A DNA stretch of 64,000 nucleotides from an uncultured delta proteobacterium (lineage in GTDB: Bacteria > Myxococcota_A > Polyangia > Fen-1088). The stretch is taken from assembly GCA_963767925.1 (NCBI GenBank), contig CAVYGB010000010.1, positions 192,001 to 256,000 on the forward strand. The letters run 5' to 3'. Both the position numbers and the translations under genes were made by a program. Of the stretch, positions 23,658 to 33,853 are shown piece by piece (the first letter of the stretch is position 1; each line of letters starts with the position of its first letter). The notes below the pieces were generated by a model. It searched no databases. It saw only the letters and a list, made by a program, of their open reading frames with translations, and was not told the origin of the DNA.

Positions 23658-24683
23658 TCAGAACCGCCCGCGGGCTCCCAGCGTGAGCCCGGCGGCCGCG
23701 CGTTCGTCCCCGGGCGGGGCGGGCGATCCCGGCGGCGCCAGGAACAGCCAGACGCCCCCCAGGGTCGCCGAGACGGCGCTCAGGCCGAGCAGGGTCGCCC
23801 CCAGCACGTTGGTCCGGTAGACGCGCGGACAGTGACCGGCGGGATCCATCACCTCGATCGCGCAGGTCACCTCGGAGCCATCGAGGCGCAGCAGATACAC
23901 ACCCCCGCCGGCCATCAACCCGCCGGCCAGCATGGCCGTCCAGCCGGCGGCGCGGAAGGGGAAGGGCGAGGGCAGGCGCACCAGATCGAGGTCCAGGCTC
24001 TCCTCCACGCCGCTCACCACGGTGAACGATCGCTCGAGCGGGGTGAACCCCTCGTGTTCGATCGACATGCGGTGAGCGCCGGCCGCCAGGCTGACGTCGA
24101 CGGGGCTGAGCCCCACCAGCTTCTCGTCGATCTTGACCGTCGCCCCGTGCGGCCGCGTCCGGACGACGAAACGAACCGGGGCGGTGGCGAGCACCAGCAG
24201 GCGGGCCCGCAAGGCCGCCGCCGCCAGCGACATCTTCTCGCCCACCTCCTCGGCCCCGCAGATCTCGCAGCGCTCGCGGCTGGTCCCCACCACGACCCCC
24301 GTGCGTCCGGTGACCAGCTCGAGGGCGATCTCGAAGCTCTTGGCGTTCTCCTGGACCCGGGCGCCCACGAGGTAATGGGCGCCCAGCCGGCTCGCGATGT
24401 CCCGCAAGCACTGTGGATCGGCGCAGGCCGAATCGCGCGCGGCCGCGCTGGCGCTGACCCCCGCGGGGCGCAACACCTCGAAGCCCACCGTGGTGAGACC
24501 CTCGCGCAGGCGCGTGGCCAGGCCTTCGCGCAAAGGAGGAGCGATCTGCCCGGAATACTCCAGGCGATAGATGGCCAGCCGCTCGGAATGCTCGGGGCCT
24601 TCCGACGCTACCGCCGTTTCGGCGGCCGCAAAACCCGACACAACTGCCAGCACCGCCCGGGTGCGCGCCTTCCAAGCAATCAT
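23658..24683 (-). CDS. PEGA-domain exported protein
   Basis: Signal peptide; PEGA VRTRPHGATVKIDEKLVGLSP...GAHRMSIEHEGF; two hydrophobic helices; ends GARGRF. Confidence 0.85.
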   Translation of the reverse strand: MIAWKARTRAVLAVVSGFAAAETAVASEGPEHSERLAIYRLEYSGQIAPPLREGLATRLREGLTTVGFEVLRPAGVSASAAARDSACADPQCLRDIASRLGAHYLVGARVQENAKSFEIALELVTGRTGVVVGTSRERCEICGAEEVGEKMSLAAAALRARLLVLATAPVRFVVRTRPHGATVKIDEKLVGLSPVDVSLAAGAHRMSIEHEGFTPLERSFTVVSGVEESLDLDLVRLPSPFPFRAAGWTAMLAGGLMAGGGVYLLRLDGSEVTCAIEVMDPAGHCPRVYRTNVLGATLLGLSAVSATLGGVWLFLAPPGSPAPPGDERAAAGLTLGARGRF

Positions 24684-24774
24684 CGTTTACCTGTCCCGAA
24701 ACCTCGGCAGTATCGCAGAGCGACCAAAGCGGAGGACCCAGGGTTTCCCGGGTGCAATCGGGCATCGGCCGTAA

Positions 24775-24899
24775 ATGAAAGGGGCTCCCCGGGGCGTGGT
24801 GCACCACGCCCCCGCGCTACGGGAGCGCTCGACCGGGCGGCCCCCCGATCCGATCCATCCCGATGGGTCCCGGGTGGCCGGAGGCGAGGGGTCGCCGGG
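24775..24899 (-). terminator. Long structured 3' region / terminator downstream of phaR-like gene
   Basis: Perfect 22-bp palindrome ggggcgtggtgcaccacgcccc (24791-24812) nested in gctccc...gggagc, followed on the minus strand by tttcattt. Confidence 0.5.
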
Positions 24900-25172
24900 C
24901 TAGAGCGGCGGGGCGGCGACAGCGACCTGAGCGTTGCTCGATTTGATCAGCTCGAGCAGCTTCGCGCGATCATACTGCCGGCCGCCGTGGATCTCGGCGA
25001 GGATGATGTTCGCGAGCGTTTCGTTCGTGATGTCCGTTCCAGCGGGGTGAGCGATCACGGCGAGATCGTCGCCAGCACGTAACCGTTCACCCAGAAACGC
25101 GAGGGTCACATAACGAGACTCGGACACATCATACAGCTTGCGGTTGCCATAACGGCGGATTGTTCGGGTCAT
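24900..25172 (-). CDS. PHA synthesis regulator DNA-binding-domain protein (PhaR N-terminal-like)
   Basis: IRRYGNRKLYDVSESRYVTL...GTDITNETLANII. Confidence 0.88.
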   Translation of the reverse strand: MTRTIRRYGNRKLYDVSESRYVTLAFLGERLRAGDDLAVIAHPAGTDITNETLANIILAEIHGGRQYDRAKLLELIKSSNAQVAVAAPPL

Positions 25173-25437
25173 GTTTCATCGTACCGCGTCTACAGGCACG
25201 CGTCGAGGAAGGCCAGGCGACGCGTCACAAGCTCGCGCAGGTGCACATGAATTTCGCGTCGCAGTTTCATGGAGCACCGCCGAATCATGCCGTTGAAGTT
25301 GTAATTTGGGGTGCTGAAATCCCCTGGGGTCGAATCCGGGGCGGGCCGAAAAACCGCTCCTGGGAACCGTCTCCGAAACGAAAAACCCGCGGGACTTAGC
25401 GGGCTGGAGCCCCGAACATCCGTGGCAGACAGCGCAG

Positions 25438-25848
25438 ATGCCAAGACAGGTCTTCGCCGCGCTCGCGACCGTGTTTTTCGCCGCTCCGGTCGTGGTCGCG
25501 ACCGGCTGCACGACCAGCCCGGGTGAGCGCGCCGCGGCTGGATCGGTGACTCCCTCGACGGCGCGCGACCCGAAGGTGGCCGTCGCGAAGGTCGGCGGTG
25601 AGGCGATCATCGAGGCGGAGCTCAAGGAACACGCCAAGGCCATCGGCCTCACCACCGACCGGTTCGTGAAGGGCCTCGACTCGGGGGAAAAGTCCAAGAT
25701 CGTCGACGCGTCGAAGAAGGCCGGCGAGGAGGCGGGGGTCAGCGGGACACCGGCCTTCTTCATCAACGGCCGTCCCCTCTCGGGGGCGCAGCCCTTCGAG
25801 AGGTTCAAGGAGATCATCGACCACGAGCTGCGCGGCAGCGGCAGCTAG
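25438..25848 (+). CDS. DsbA/thioredoxin-like lipoprotein lacking the CxxC region (internal deletion; possible pseudogene)
   Basis: Lipobox VATGC; VAKVGGEAIIEAEL joined directly to the DsbA C-terminal half (GVSGTPAFFINGR.LSGAQPFE.FKEIID.EL). Confidence 0.7.
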   Translation: MPRQVFAALATVFFAAPVVVATGCTTSPGERAAAGSVTPSTARDPKVAVAKVGGEAIIEAELKEHAKAIGLTTDRFVKGLDSGEKSKIVDASKKAGEEAGVSGTPAFFINGRPLSGAQPFERFKEIIDHELRGSGS

Positions 25849-25891
25849 CGCACAGCCCCGGGCGCCAGCCTGAGCGGGCGGCCGCTGGCCG

Positions 25892-27356
<1,465 letters not shown>

Positions 27357-27382
27357 CGCGTGAGGATACCGCAACTCGCGCG

Positions 27383-27613
27383 CTAGCGCTCAGCGTCCTT
27401 GCTGCCGACCACCGTCAGGTTCAGTCCCACCTGCACGCTGAGCGGCTTACCGTCGACGAGGATGTTGATCTTGCCGTTGTAGTACCAGCCGAACGAGCCG
27501 GTGGAGAACTCGCGCTTGTCCGCGATGAGCTCCTGACCGTTGATGGTGAGCTTGACCGACTCGGCCTTCTCGAGAAACTGGGCGCGGGTGACCGGGGAGG
27601 CGGACTTTGCCAT
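27383..27613 (-). CDS. Small hypothetical beta-rich protein (76 aa)
   Basis: Clean ORF with strongly GC-biased third positions; FSTGSFGW and QVGLNLTVVGSK motifs; co-oriented 26 bp upstream of the kinase. Confidence 0.75.
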   Translation of the reverse strand: MAKSASPVTRAQFLEKAESVKLTINGQELIADKREFSTGSFGWYYNGKINILVDGKPLSVQVGLNLTVVGSKDAER

Positions 27614-27700
27614 GGTGGGCGAAGAGTAACATCTCCGACTCCGCCCGGTGTGTCCCTCGACACCAACACGGCGGAGGCAGTCGATTCTGGCCGCGCGATC

Positions 27701-29713
27701 TCAGCGCATCGTGATCGTGTCGGCGACGGGGGTGAGGGTCAGGGCACGGAGGCGGAACAGCTCGCCCCCCTGGATCTTCGTGGGCTCCACCGCGATCTCG
27801 AAGGTACCGGGCGGCAAGGTGACCCGCCCCAAACTGACCGCTCCCTGCGGAGCCGCCGCCACCGTCCCCGACAGGGTCTTTCCGCCGAGCTTGACCGCGA
27901 AGGTGCCGCCGGCCGAGGCCGGCTGCTCGACGTCGTAGGAGATCCCCACCTCGAAGCTGGCCGACTCGCGCAGCCGGACGGGCCAGCGCACCGAATCGTC
28001 CATCCGGGTCCAGTTGAGGATGTGGGCGTCGCGGGCCTTGCCCGCGCCGTAGGTCAGCCCGCCCTGCAGCTTGCCGTCGAAGGCCCGCAGGGTATCGAGG
28101 GGCACCTCGCCGCTCAGCAAGCGCGCGGGATCGCTGCCGACCTCGCCCTCCACCTCGAGGGCGATCACGGTGTCGGTAGGGTGGGGCGCCCGGGCGGGGC
28201 CCTGCACCACCACGTCGAGCTCACCGGCCCGGCGCACCGGCAGCGGCGTCTTCCTGCTGTCGGCCAGGAGGTAGGCCCGCGCGACCTGCGCCTTGAGGCC
28301 GCCCACCACCACCCGACCCTTCCGGGGCCAGGAGAGCACGTGCAGAAACAGGGTGTTTCCCCGCCGGGTCGACTCGCCCCAGGCCTGCACCGGCAGCGGC
28401 GTGGCCTCGGTGCCGCGGATCGAGCCGCCGTTGGCCTTCATCCAGGCGCCCACCCCTTCCAGGATGGCGACGTCCTTGGGATCGATCTTGCCGTCGCCCA
28501 TGGGGCCCACGTTGAGGAGGACGTTCCCGCCGCGCGCCGAGGCCTTGGCCAGCAGCTCGATGAAGTGCCCGGCCGGCTTGTGGGTCTGATCCCCCTGGTG
28601 CCAGCCGTACGACTCGTTGGTGGTGGGGATGGCCTCCCAGGCGACGTGTTTGACCGGCCCCGCGCCGGGGGCCGCTGCCGCCGCGGCGGCCGACCCGCCC
28701 TGATCCCAGTGGGCCTGGGGCGGGAACTCGGCTGGCTTGTCGGTGGTCGAGCGGTAGTCGCCGAAGTTGGCCGGCGGGCCGCCCGGGACCGGCTGACAGA
28801 TGCGGCTGTTCACCACCAGGGTCGGCTTGGCCGCCCGCGCCGCCTCCAGCACGCGCACGTTCTCCTCGGGCGGCAGCCGCCCGGGGGTGTCGAACCAGAT
28901 GATGTCGGGATCGTATTTGCTGATCAGCTCGCGCACCTGGGGGATCACCTTGCCGTCGACGTAGTTGCGCACGCGGGCGACGAACTTGGGGTCGTTCTCC
29001 CACCAGCGCTGGCCCGAGATCCGCTTGTCGCCGCCGGGATTGCCGTGCTCCCAGTCGTTGCCCGGGCTGTCGGGGTGATGCCACTCCCAGGCCTGCGAAT
29101 AGTAGAACCCGAACTTGATGCCGTGTTTCTGGCAAGCGGCCTTCAGCTCCTTCATCGGATCGCGCTTCCAGGCCGAGGCCTTCACGATGTTGTAGTCGCT
29201 GACGTCCGAGTCGAACATCGCGAAGCCGTCGTGGTGCTTGGCGGTGATGATGAAGTAGGCCATGCCGGCGCGCTTGGCGAGGCTGATCCAGGCGTCGGCG
29301 TCGAACCCGGTCGGGTTGAACGGCGCCACGAGCTGGTCCCGATACTGGGCGGTCGGGATCTGCATCTTGCGCATGAGGTGCTCGGCGTACCCCTCGACCG
29401 GCTTGCCCTGCCAGATCCCGCCCACGTGCGAATAGGCCCCCCAGTGGACGAACATCCCGAAGCGCGCGTCCTGGAACCAGGCCAGCCGCTCGGCGCTCGT
29501 CTCCATCGATTGGCGCCACCACGCCATCTCGGGACGATCCGGAAGCGGCACGGCCGCCGCGGCGGGGGCCGGGATGGCGGCGGGGGCCGGGCCCTCGGGG
29601 ACGGTGGGGGCGCTGGCCCAGCATCCGAGCCCGGTGCAGGCGGCGACCGCCAGCAGGCCCAGGGCCCTTCGAAACGGGACGGCAACAGGAGCGGCGGCGG
29701 CGAGGTGGGTCAT
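27701..29713 (-). CDS. Alpha-L-fucosidase (GH29), exported
   Basis: WFQDARFGMFVHWG, ITAKHHDGFAMF, FYYSQ, IWFD (nucleophile), GGNVLLNVGP; C-terminal beta domains. Confidence 0.93.
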   Translation of the reverse strand: MTHLAAAAPVAVPFRRALGLLAVAACTGLGCWASAPTVPEGPAPAAIPAPAAAAVPLPDRPEMAWWRQSMETSAERLAWFQDARFGMFVHWGAYSHVGGIWQGKPVEGYAEHLMRKMQIPTAQYRDQLVAPFNPTGFDADAWISLAKRAGMAYFIITAKHHDGFAMFDSDVSDYNIVKASAWKRDPMKELKAACQKHGIKFGFYYSQAWEWHHPDSPGNDWEHGNPGGDKRISGQRWWENDPKFVARVRNYVDGKVIPQVRELISKYDPDIIWFDTPGRLPPEENVRVLEAARAAKPTLVVNSRICQPVPGGPPANFGDYRSTTDKPAEFPPQAHWDQGGSAAAAAAAPGAGPVKHVAWEAIPTTNESYGWHQGDQTHKPAGHFIELLAKASARGGNVLLNVGPMGDGKIDPKDVAILEGVGAWMKANGGSIRGTEATPLPVQAWGESTRRGNTLFLHVLSWPRKGRVVVGGLKAQVARAYLLADSRKTPLPVRRAGELDVVVQGPARAPHPTDTVIALEVEGEVGSDPARLLSGEVPLDTLRAFDGKLQGGLTYGAGKARDAHILNWTRMDDSVRWPVRLRESASFEVGISYDVEQPASAGGTFAVKLGGKTLSGTVAAAPQGAVSLGRVTLPPGTFEIAVEPTKIQGGELFRLRALTLTPVADTITMR

Positions 29714-29815
29714 GGCGGGGGGCCTACTCTAGGGCAAAAGCGCCGGGCCATTGTCAGCAATTGCCGGCGGCGCCACCGTAAAGGCAGGGTAAATCCACCG
29801 GTTACGCGCCCGTCC

Positions 29816-29831
29816 TGGCACGACGCCAGCA
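29816..29831 (+). promoter_or_regulatory. Candidate sigma-54 promoter
   Basis: TGGCACGACGCCAGCA: GG-N10-GC spacing with a perfect TGGCACG -24 box. Confidence 0.45.
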
Positions 29832-29988
29832 GCGGCTGCGGACCTTCCCCGGACATTTCGCGACCCGACGGGCCGTCCGGGGCGCCTTTCCGCTCGGCCG
29901 GCCGGCCTGTCGGGCATATGCCCGGATGGTGGCGGCGCGCGCGATCCGCGAAGATGTCTTCGCCCCATCGTCTTCGACGAGGCAGCCC

Positions 29989-30399
29989 ATGCAAGCAGCA
30001 CCGGCGCAACTGGCCCGGATCCTCGTGATCGACGACGAGCCCCTCGTGCGGCGGGCGGTGGTGCGCTCCCTCGAGCGGGAGCACCAGGTGGTGGCCATCG
30101 ACACCGCGGCCGAGGCCCTGCGCCGCCTCGAGAGCGGCGAGCGCTTCGATCTCATCCTCTGCGATCTCATGATGCCCGAGATGACGGGGATGGAGATGGC
30201 GGCCCGCCTGCGGCAGCGCCTGCCCTGGATGGCCGAGCGGCTGATGTTCCTGTCGGGGGGGGCGTTCACCCTGGAGTCGGCCGAGTTCCTGGGCGCCCTC
30301 GGCAACCGCTTCATCGAGAAACCGTTCCTGCCCGAGGAGCTGTGCCGCCGGGTGGCCGAGCGGCTGACCATGGTCGGCGGCAACAGCGCCGATACCTGA
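29989..30399 (+). CDS. Stand-alone response regulator receiver
   Basis: ILVIDDE, FDLILCDLMMPEMTG, FLSGG, IEKPF. Confidence 0.9.
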   Translation: MQAAPAQLARILVIDDEPLVRRAVVRSLEREHQVVAIDTAAEALRRLESGERFDLILCDLMMPEMTGMEMAARLRQRLPWMAERLMFLSGGAFTLESAEFLGALGNRFIEKPFLPEELCRRVAERLTMVGGNSADT

Positions 30400-30479
30400 A
30401 GGACATACTCTGTGGTCCGCTCGGGCCGCCCTCCTGCGACCCATTGTTCGCTGGCGCGTCGGACACATCTTGCGGCAGG

Positions 30480-31049
30480 ATGCGCCTCGTGAGCCCACCC
30501 CGGGTCCGGACCGTTCTCGTCGTTTTCGCCGCCGGCCTGGTGGGCAGCCTCGTCGTGCTGCTGGCGCCGGTGCCGGCCCAGGCCGCCCGGGCGAAGATGG
30601 TCTCGGTCCAGCCCCTCGAGGGCCGCAACGGCGAGCGGGTGCGCCGCGAGGTGGCGCGGGTTGTGCGGGGCCGCCGCTTTCGCGTCGTCACCGAGGTGCC
30701 GAAGGCCACCGGCACCGGCCAGTATTACACCTGGGCGCGTGAGCTGGGTTTGACGGCATTCGTCGTGGGCGAGCTGGTGAACCTGGGCCAGCGCCAGCGC
30801 GTCACCTTCCTGGTCTGGTCGGGCCACGACGGCTCGGTGGTGGGACGCTGGACGGTGACGGCCTCGAGCAGCAAGCTGCCCACCACCGTGGCCCGCCACT
30901 TCTGGCGGCGCCTGGGCCCCGCCCTGCGACGGGCGCGGCCACCCGGCGAGTGGATCGAGCCGCCGCCGGGACCGACTATCCGCATCGACGCCAGCTCGCG
31001 CCAGGACGACGACATCGTGGGTGCCGACATCCGGCGTCGCCGCCTGTAG
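30480..31049 (+). CDS. Hypothetical exported protein
   Basis: Signal peptide ending AQA; coding-like codon usage; lies between the receiver and kinase genes. Confidence 0.65.
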   Translation: MRLVSPPRVRTVLVVFAAGLVGSLVVLLAPVPAQAARAKMVSVQPLEGRNGERVRREVARVVRGRRFRVVTEVPKATGTGQYYTWARELGLTAFVVGELVNLGQRQRVTFLVWSGHDGSVVGRWTVTASSSKLPTTVARHFWRRLGPALRRARPPGEWIEPPPGPTIRIDASSRQDDDIVGADIRRRRL

Positions 31050-31089
31050 CCGACCTGTAGCCGCGCTCAAGCTGGGGCCGGGTTGACCG

Positions 31090-32679
31090 ATGAAGCTCGG
31101 TGCCCGGCGCATGCGTACCCAGGGACGTTACGCGATCCTGAAAAAGATCGCCGATGGGGGCATGGCAGAGATCTTCCTCGCGCGCCAGACCGGCGCCGAG
31201 GGCTTCGCGCGTTCGGTGATCGTCAAGCGGATCCTGCCGGCCTACTCGGCGGATCCGCATTTCCGTAACATGCTGGTCGACGAGTCGCACATCGCGATGA
31301 CGCTGAACCACAGCAACATCGTGCCGGTGCTCGACTTCGGCCAGGCCGGTGGCTGTTACTTCATGGTCCTCGAGCTCGTCGACGGCTGGGACCTTTCCAC
31401 AATCCGGCAGCGGGCCACCCGCAACCGGTTCCCCATTCCGCTCGGCCTCGCCCTCTACCTCGTGGCGGAGGTTTGCCGCGCGCTGGCCTACGCCCACGGG
31501 CGCAAGGACGGGGCCGGCAAGCCGCTGCAGATCGTTCATCGCGACGTGAGCCCGCAAAACGTGCTCGTCAGCGAGCAGGGCGAGGTCAAGGTCGCCGACT
31601 TCGGCATCGCCAAGGCGCTCGGCAAGCGCGAGCGGACCCAGACCGGGATCATCAAGGGCAAGCTCGAGTACATGTCGCCGGAGCAGGCGATGGGGCAGCC
31701 GCTCGAGGCCCGCTCCGACGTGTTCGCGGTGGGGACCATGCTCTACCTGCTGACCACCAACCGGCGGCCCTTCGCCCACGCCAACGACTTCGAGTCTCTC
31801 CTGCGCGTCCAGCGGGTGGAGTTCGATCCGCCCGAGCTGGTGCGTCCCGATCTCCCGGGGGGAGTCGTGCGGATCATCAAGAAGTCCATGATGGCCCGGC
31901 CCGACGATCGCTACCTCAGCGCCGAGGAGATGATGATCGACGTCGAGAGCGTGCTGCGGGGCGAGCTCGGCTCTCCCGGGCAGAGCGAGCTCAAGCGCTG
32001 GCTGGCCGAGCTCGGCCGCCGCGACGGCGCCCTGCCCGTCTCGCGCCGGCCCGGGATCGCCTCGCCCGACCCCACCAGCGGGCGCTGGCTCGTCGACGGG
32101 GACATGCTGGCCTTCGAGGAGAACCCGGTCGTGTCGGCCTTCGGGCAGACCGCGGTGGCCGGCACGCCGGCCCCCCGCCAGCTCTCCAGCGCCGCACCGT
32201 CGCCGGCGGCCCCGGCCAGCCGGGCTCAGCCAGGCTGGCTGCGGGGAGCCGGCACCTTGCTGGGGCTGATCGGCATCGCCTGGCTTGTGGCCACCCGCTT
32301 TCTGACCATCGATCGGGCCGACAAGGTCGAGGCGGCCAGGGTCGCCGTCACAACCCCGCCCCGCCCGGCGCCGCCCCCCGTCCACGCCGCCGCCGAACGC
32401 GAGCCCCCCCTGCGGTCGGGCGACCGGGGCCCGCGCCGGCGCCCCGCCGAGCGCGTCACCCTCACCCTGCAGACCCGCCCTCCGGGGGCGAGCGTTGTCG
32501 GCCCCGGCGGCTCGCTGGGCACCACCCCCCTGCCCTGGACCATTCGCGCCGGCTCCACCCACACCCTGACCTTCGCCAAGACCGGCTTTCGCCCGGCCAC
32601 CCGCCGCATCAGCGCCGACAGCAAGAGCAGCACCGTCACGGTCGACCTGGAGCCCAGGAAGAAGCCCCGCCGCCGCTAG
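31090..32679 (+). CDS. Membrane Ser/Thr kinase with C-terminal PEGA-like domain
   Basis: ADGGMAEIF, VIVKRIL, HRDVSPQN, DFG, GKLEYMSPEQ; TM; TRPPGASV...LGTTPL...FAKTGF. Confidence 0.92.
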   Translation: MKLGARRMRTQGRYAILKKIADGGMAEIFLARQTGAEGFARSVIVKRILPAYSADPHFRNMLVDESHIAMTLNHSNIVPVLDFGQAGGCYFMVLELVDGWDLSTIRQRATRNRFPIPLGLALYLVAEVCRALAYAHGRKDGAGKPLQIVHRDVSPQNVLVSEQGEVKVADFGIAKALGKRERTQTGIIKGKLEYMSPEQAMGQPLEARSDVFAVGTMLYLLTTNRRPFAHANDFESLLRVQRVEFDPPELVRPDLPGGVVRIIKKSMMARPDDRYLSAEEMMIDVESVLRGELGSPGQSELKRWLAELGRRDGALPVSRRPGIASPDPTSGRWLVDGDMLAFEENPVVSAFGQTAVAGTPAPRQLSSAAPSPAAPASRAQPGWLRGAGTLLGLIGIAWLVATRFLTIDRADKVEAARVAVTTPPRPAPPPVHAAAEREPPLRSGDRGPRRRPAERVTLTLQTRPPGASVVGPGGSLGTTPLPWTIRAGSTHTLTFAKTGFRPATRRISADSKSSTVTVDLEPRKKPRRR

Positions 32680-32745
32680 TCGGGCCCGAGCGAAGCGAGG
32701 GAACCCGACTACCTCGAAAACAGTCCCTGGCCGCGGGGCCAGCGA

Positions 32746-33327
32746 TCAGTGGGCGGTCGGCTCGTTGAGCGCCGAGGCGGCGCGGGCGAACTCGACGAAG
32801 CGGGCCAGGAAGGCCGCCAGCTCGCTCCGGGTGCGCTCGTCGGCCAGCACGCCGTCGCCGTCGAACAGCTTGCCTGCTTCGCTGAGCTGGATGTCCATGC
32901 TGGTGAAGAGCTGCGCCTTGAGCCGGCGAAAGACCGGCAGCCAGGCCGCCTGGGCCATGCGGGTCCCGCCCGGGCCGGGAGAAGCCCCGATGAGGCCGAC
33001 AGGCCGGGAACCCCAGATTCGCGGGATGTCCCGCGGGGGGCGGCTCGTCCAGTCGATGGCGTTCTTCAGCGTGCCGGGGATCGACCGGTTGTATTCGGGC
33101 GTGGCGATGAGGACCCCCTGCGAGCCGGCGATGGCCTCTTTCACCTCGACCACCGTCTCGGGCAACCCTACCTCCGCCTCCACGTCCCCGTTGTAGAGGG
33201 GAATGTCGCGGATGGCCGCGATGTCGAGCTTGGCTCCGTCCGGCATGAGGTCCCGCGCTGCCCGCAGCAACGCCGCGTTGTACGAGCCGCGCCGCCAGCT
33301 TCCGGCGATACCGATGACACGAATCAT
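32746..33327 (-). CDS. NADPH-dependent FMN reductase (ChrR/SsuE-like)
   Basis: GSWRRGSYN, IPLYNGD, TPEYNRSIPGTLKNAIDW, GASPG. Confidence 0.92.
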   Translation of the reverse strand: MIRVIGIAGSWRRGSYNAALLRAARDLMPDGAKLDIAAIRDIPLYNGDVEAEVGLPETVVEVKEAIAGSQGVLIATPEYNRSIPGTLKNAIDWTSRPPRDIPRIWGSRPVGLIGASPGPGGTRMAQAAWLPVFRRLKAQLFTSMDIQLSEAGKLFDGDGVLADERTRSELAAFLARFVEFARAASALNEPTAH

Positions 33328-33430
33328 CTGGCGGGTGTTCCTCTCATGGTGCTCTCCGCCCCCATGTTACATCGAGTGATGTCCAGCACCACGCCCTTCC
33401 CCCCGCGGCGCGCCTGTCCCATGTTTCATC

Positions 33431-33831
33431 GATGACACCAAGCCCCTGTTCTTCGGGCTGGTGACCCTGTTCGCCTCGTTCATCCCCTCGGTCGGGACCG
33501 CCGTCGTGTCGGTGCCCCTGGCGGCCATCCTCAAGTTGATGGGTCGACCCTGGGCGGCATTGTTTCTGGCGCTCTGGTCGCTGCTGATCGTGGCGGTGGT
33601 AAATAATCTTCTCCGCCCGTTGCTGATAAAATCCGAGATGCAGATCCACGGTGCCTTGATCTTTTTCCCCTCATCGGCGGCATCATGCTGTTCGGATTTT
33701 CGGACCTGGTCATCGGACCGCTCTCGCTGGGGCTGTTCATGAGCCTCGTGCGCTTCCACGCCCGGGACGTGGCCGCCCGCCCCCTGCCCGCACCGGCGGC
33801 CAACCGCGAGGTCCGCTCTCCCGCGGCCTGA
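33431..33831 (+). pseudogene. AI-2E family transporter, C-terminal remnant
   Basis: PLFFGLVTLFASFIPSVGTAVV...NNLLRPLLI...IHGALIFF, frameshift, then IGGIMLFGFSDLVIGP; the 5' part of the gene is absent. Confidence 0.75.
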
Positions 33832-33853
33832 CCCCCTCCTCATTCATTCACTC

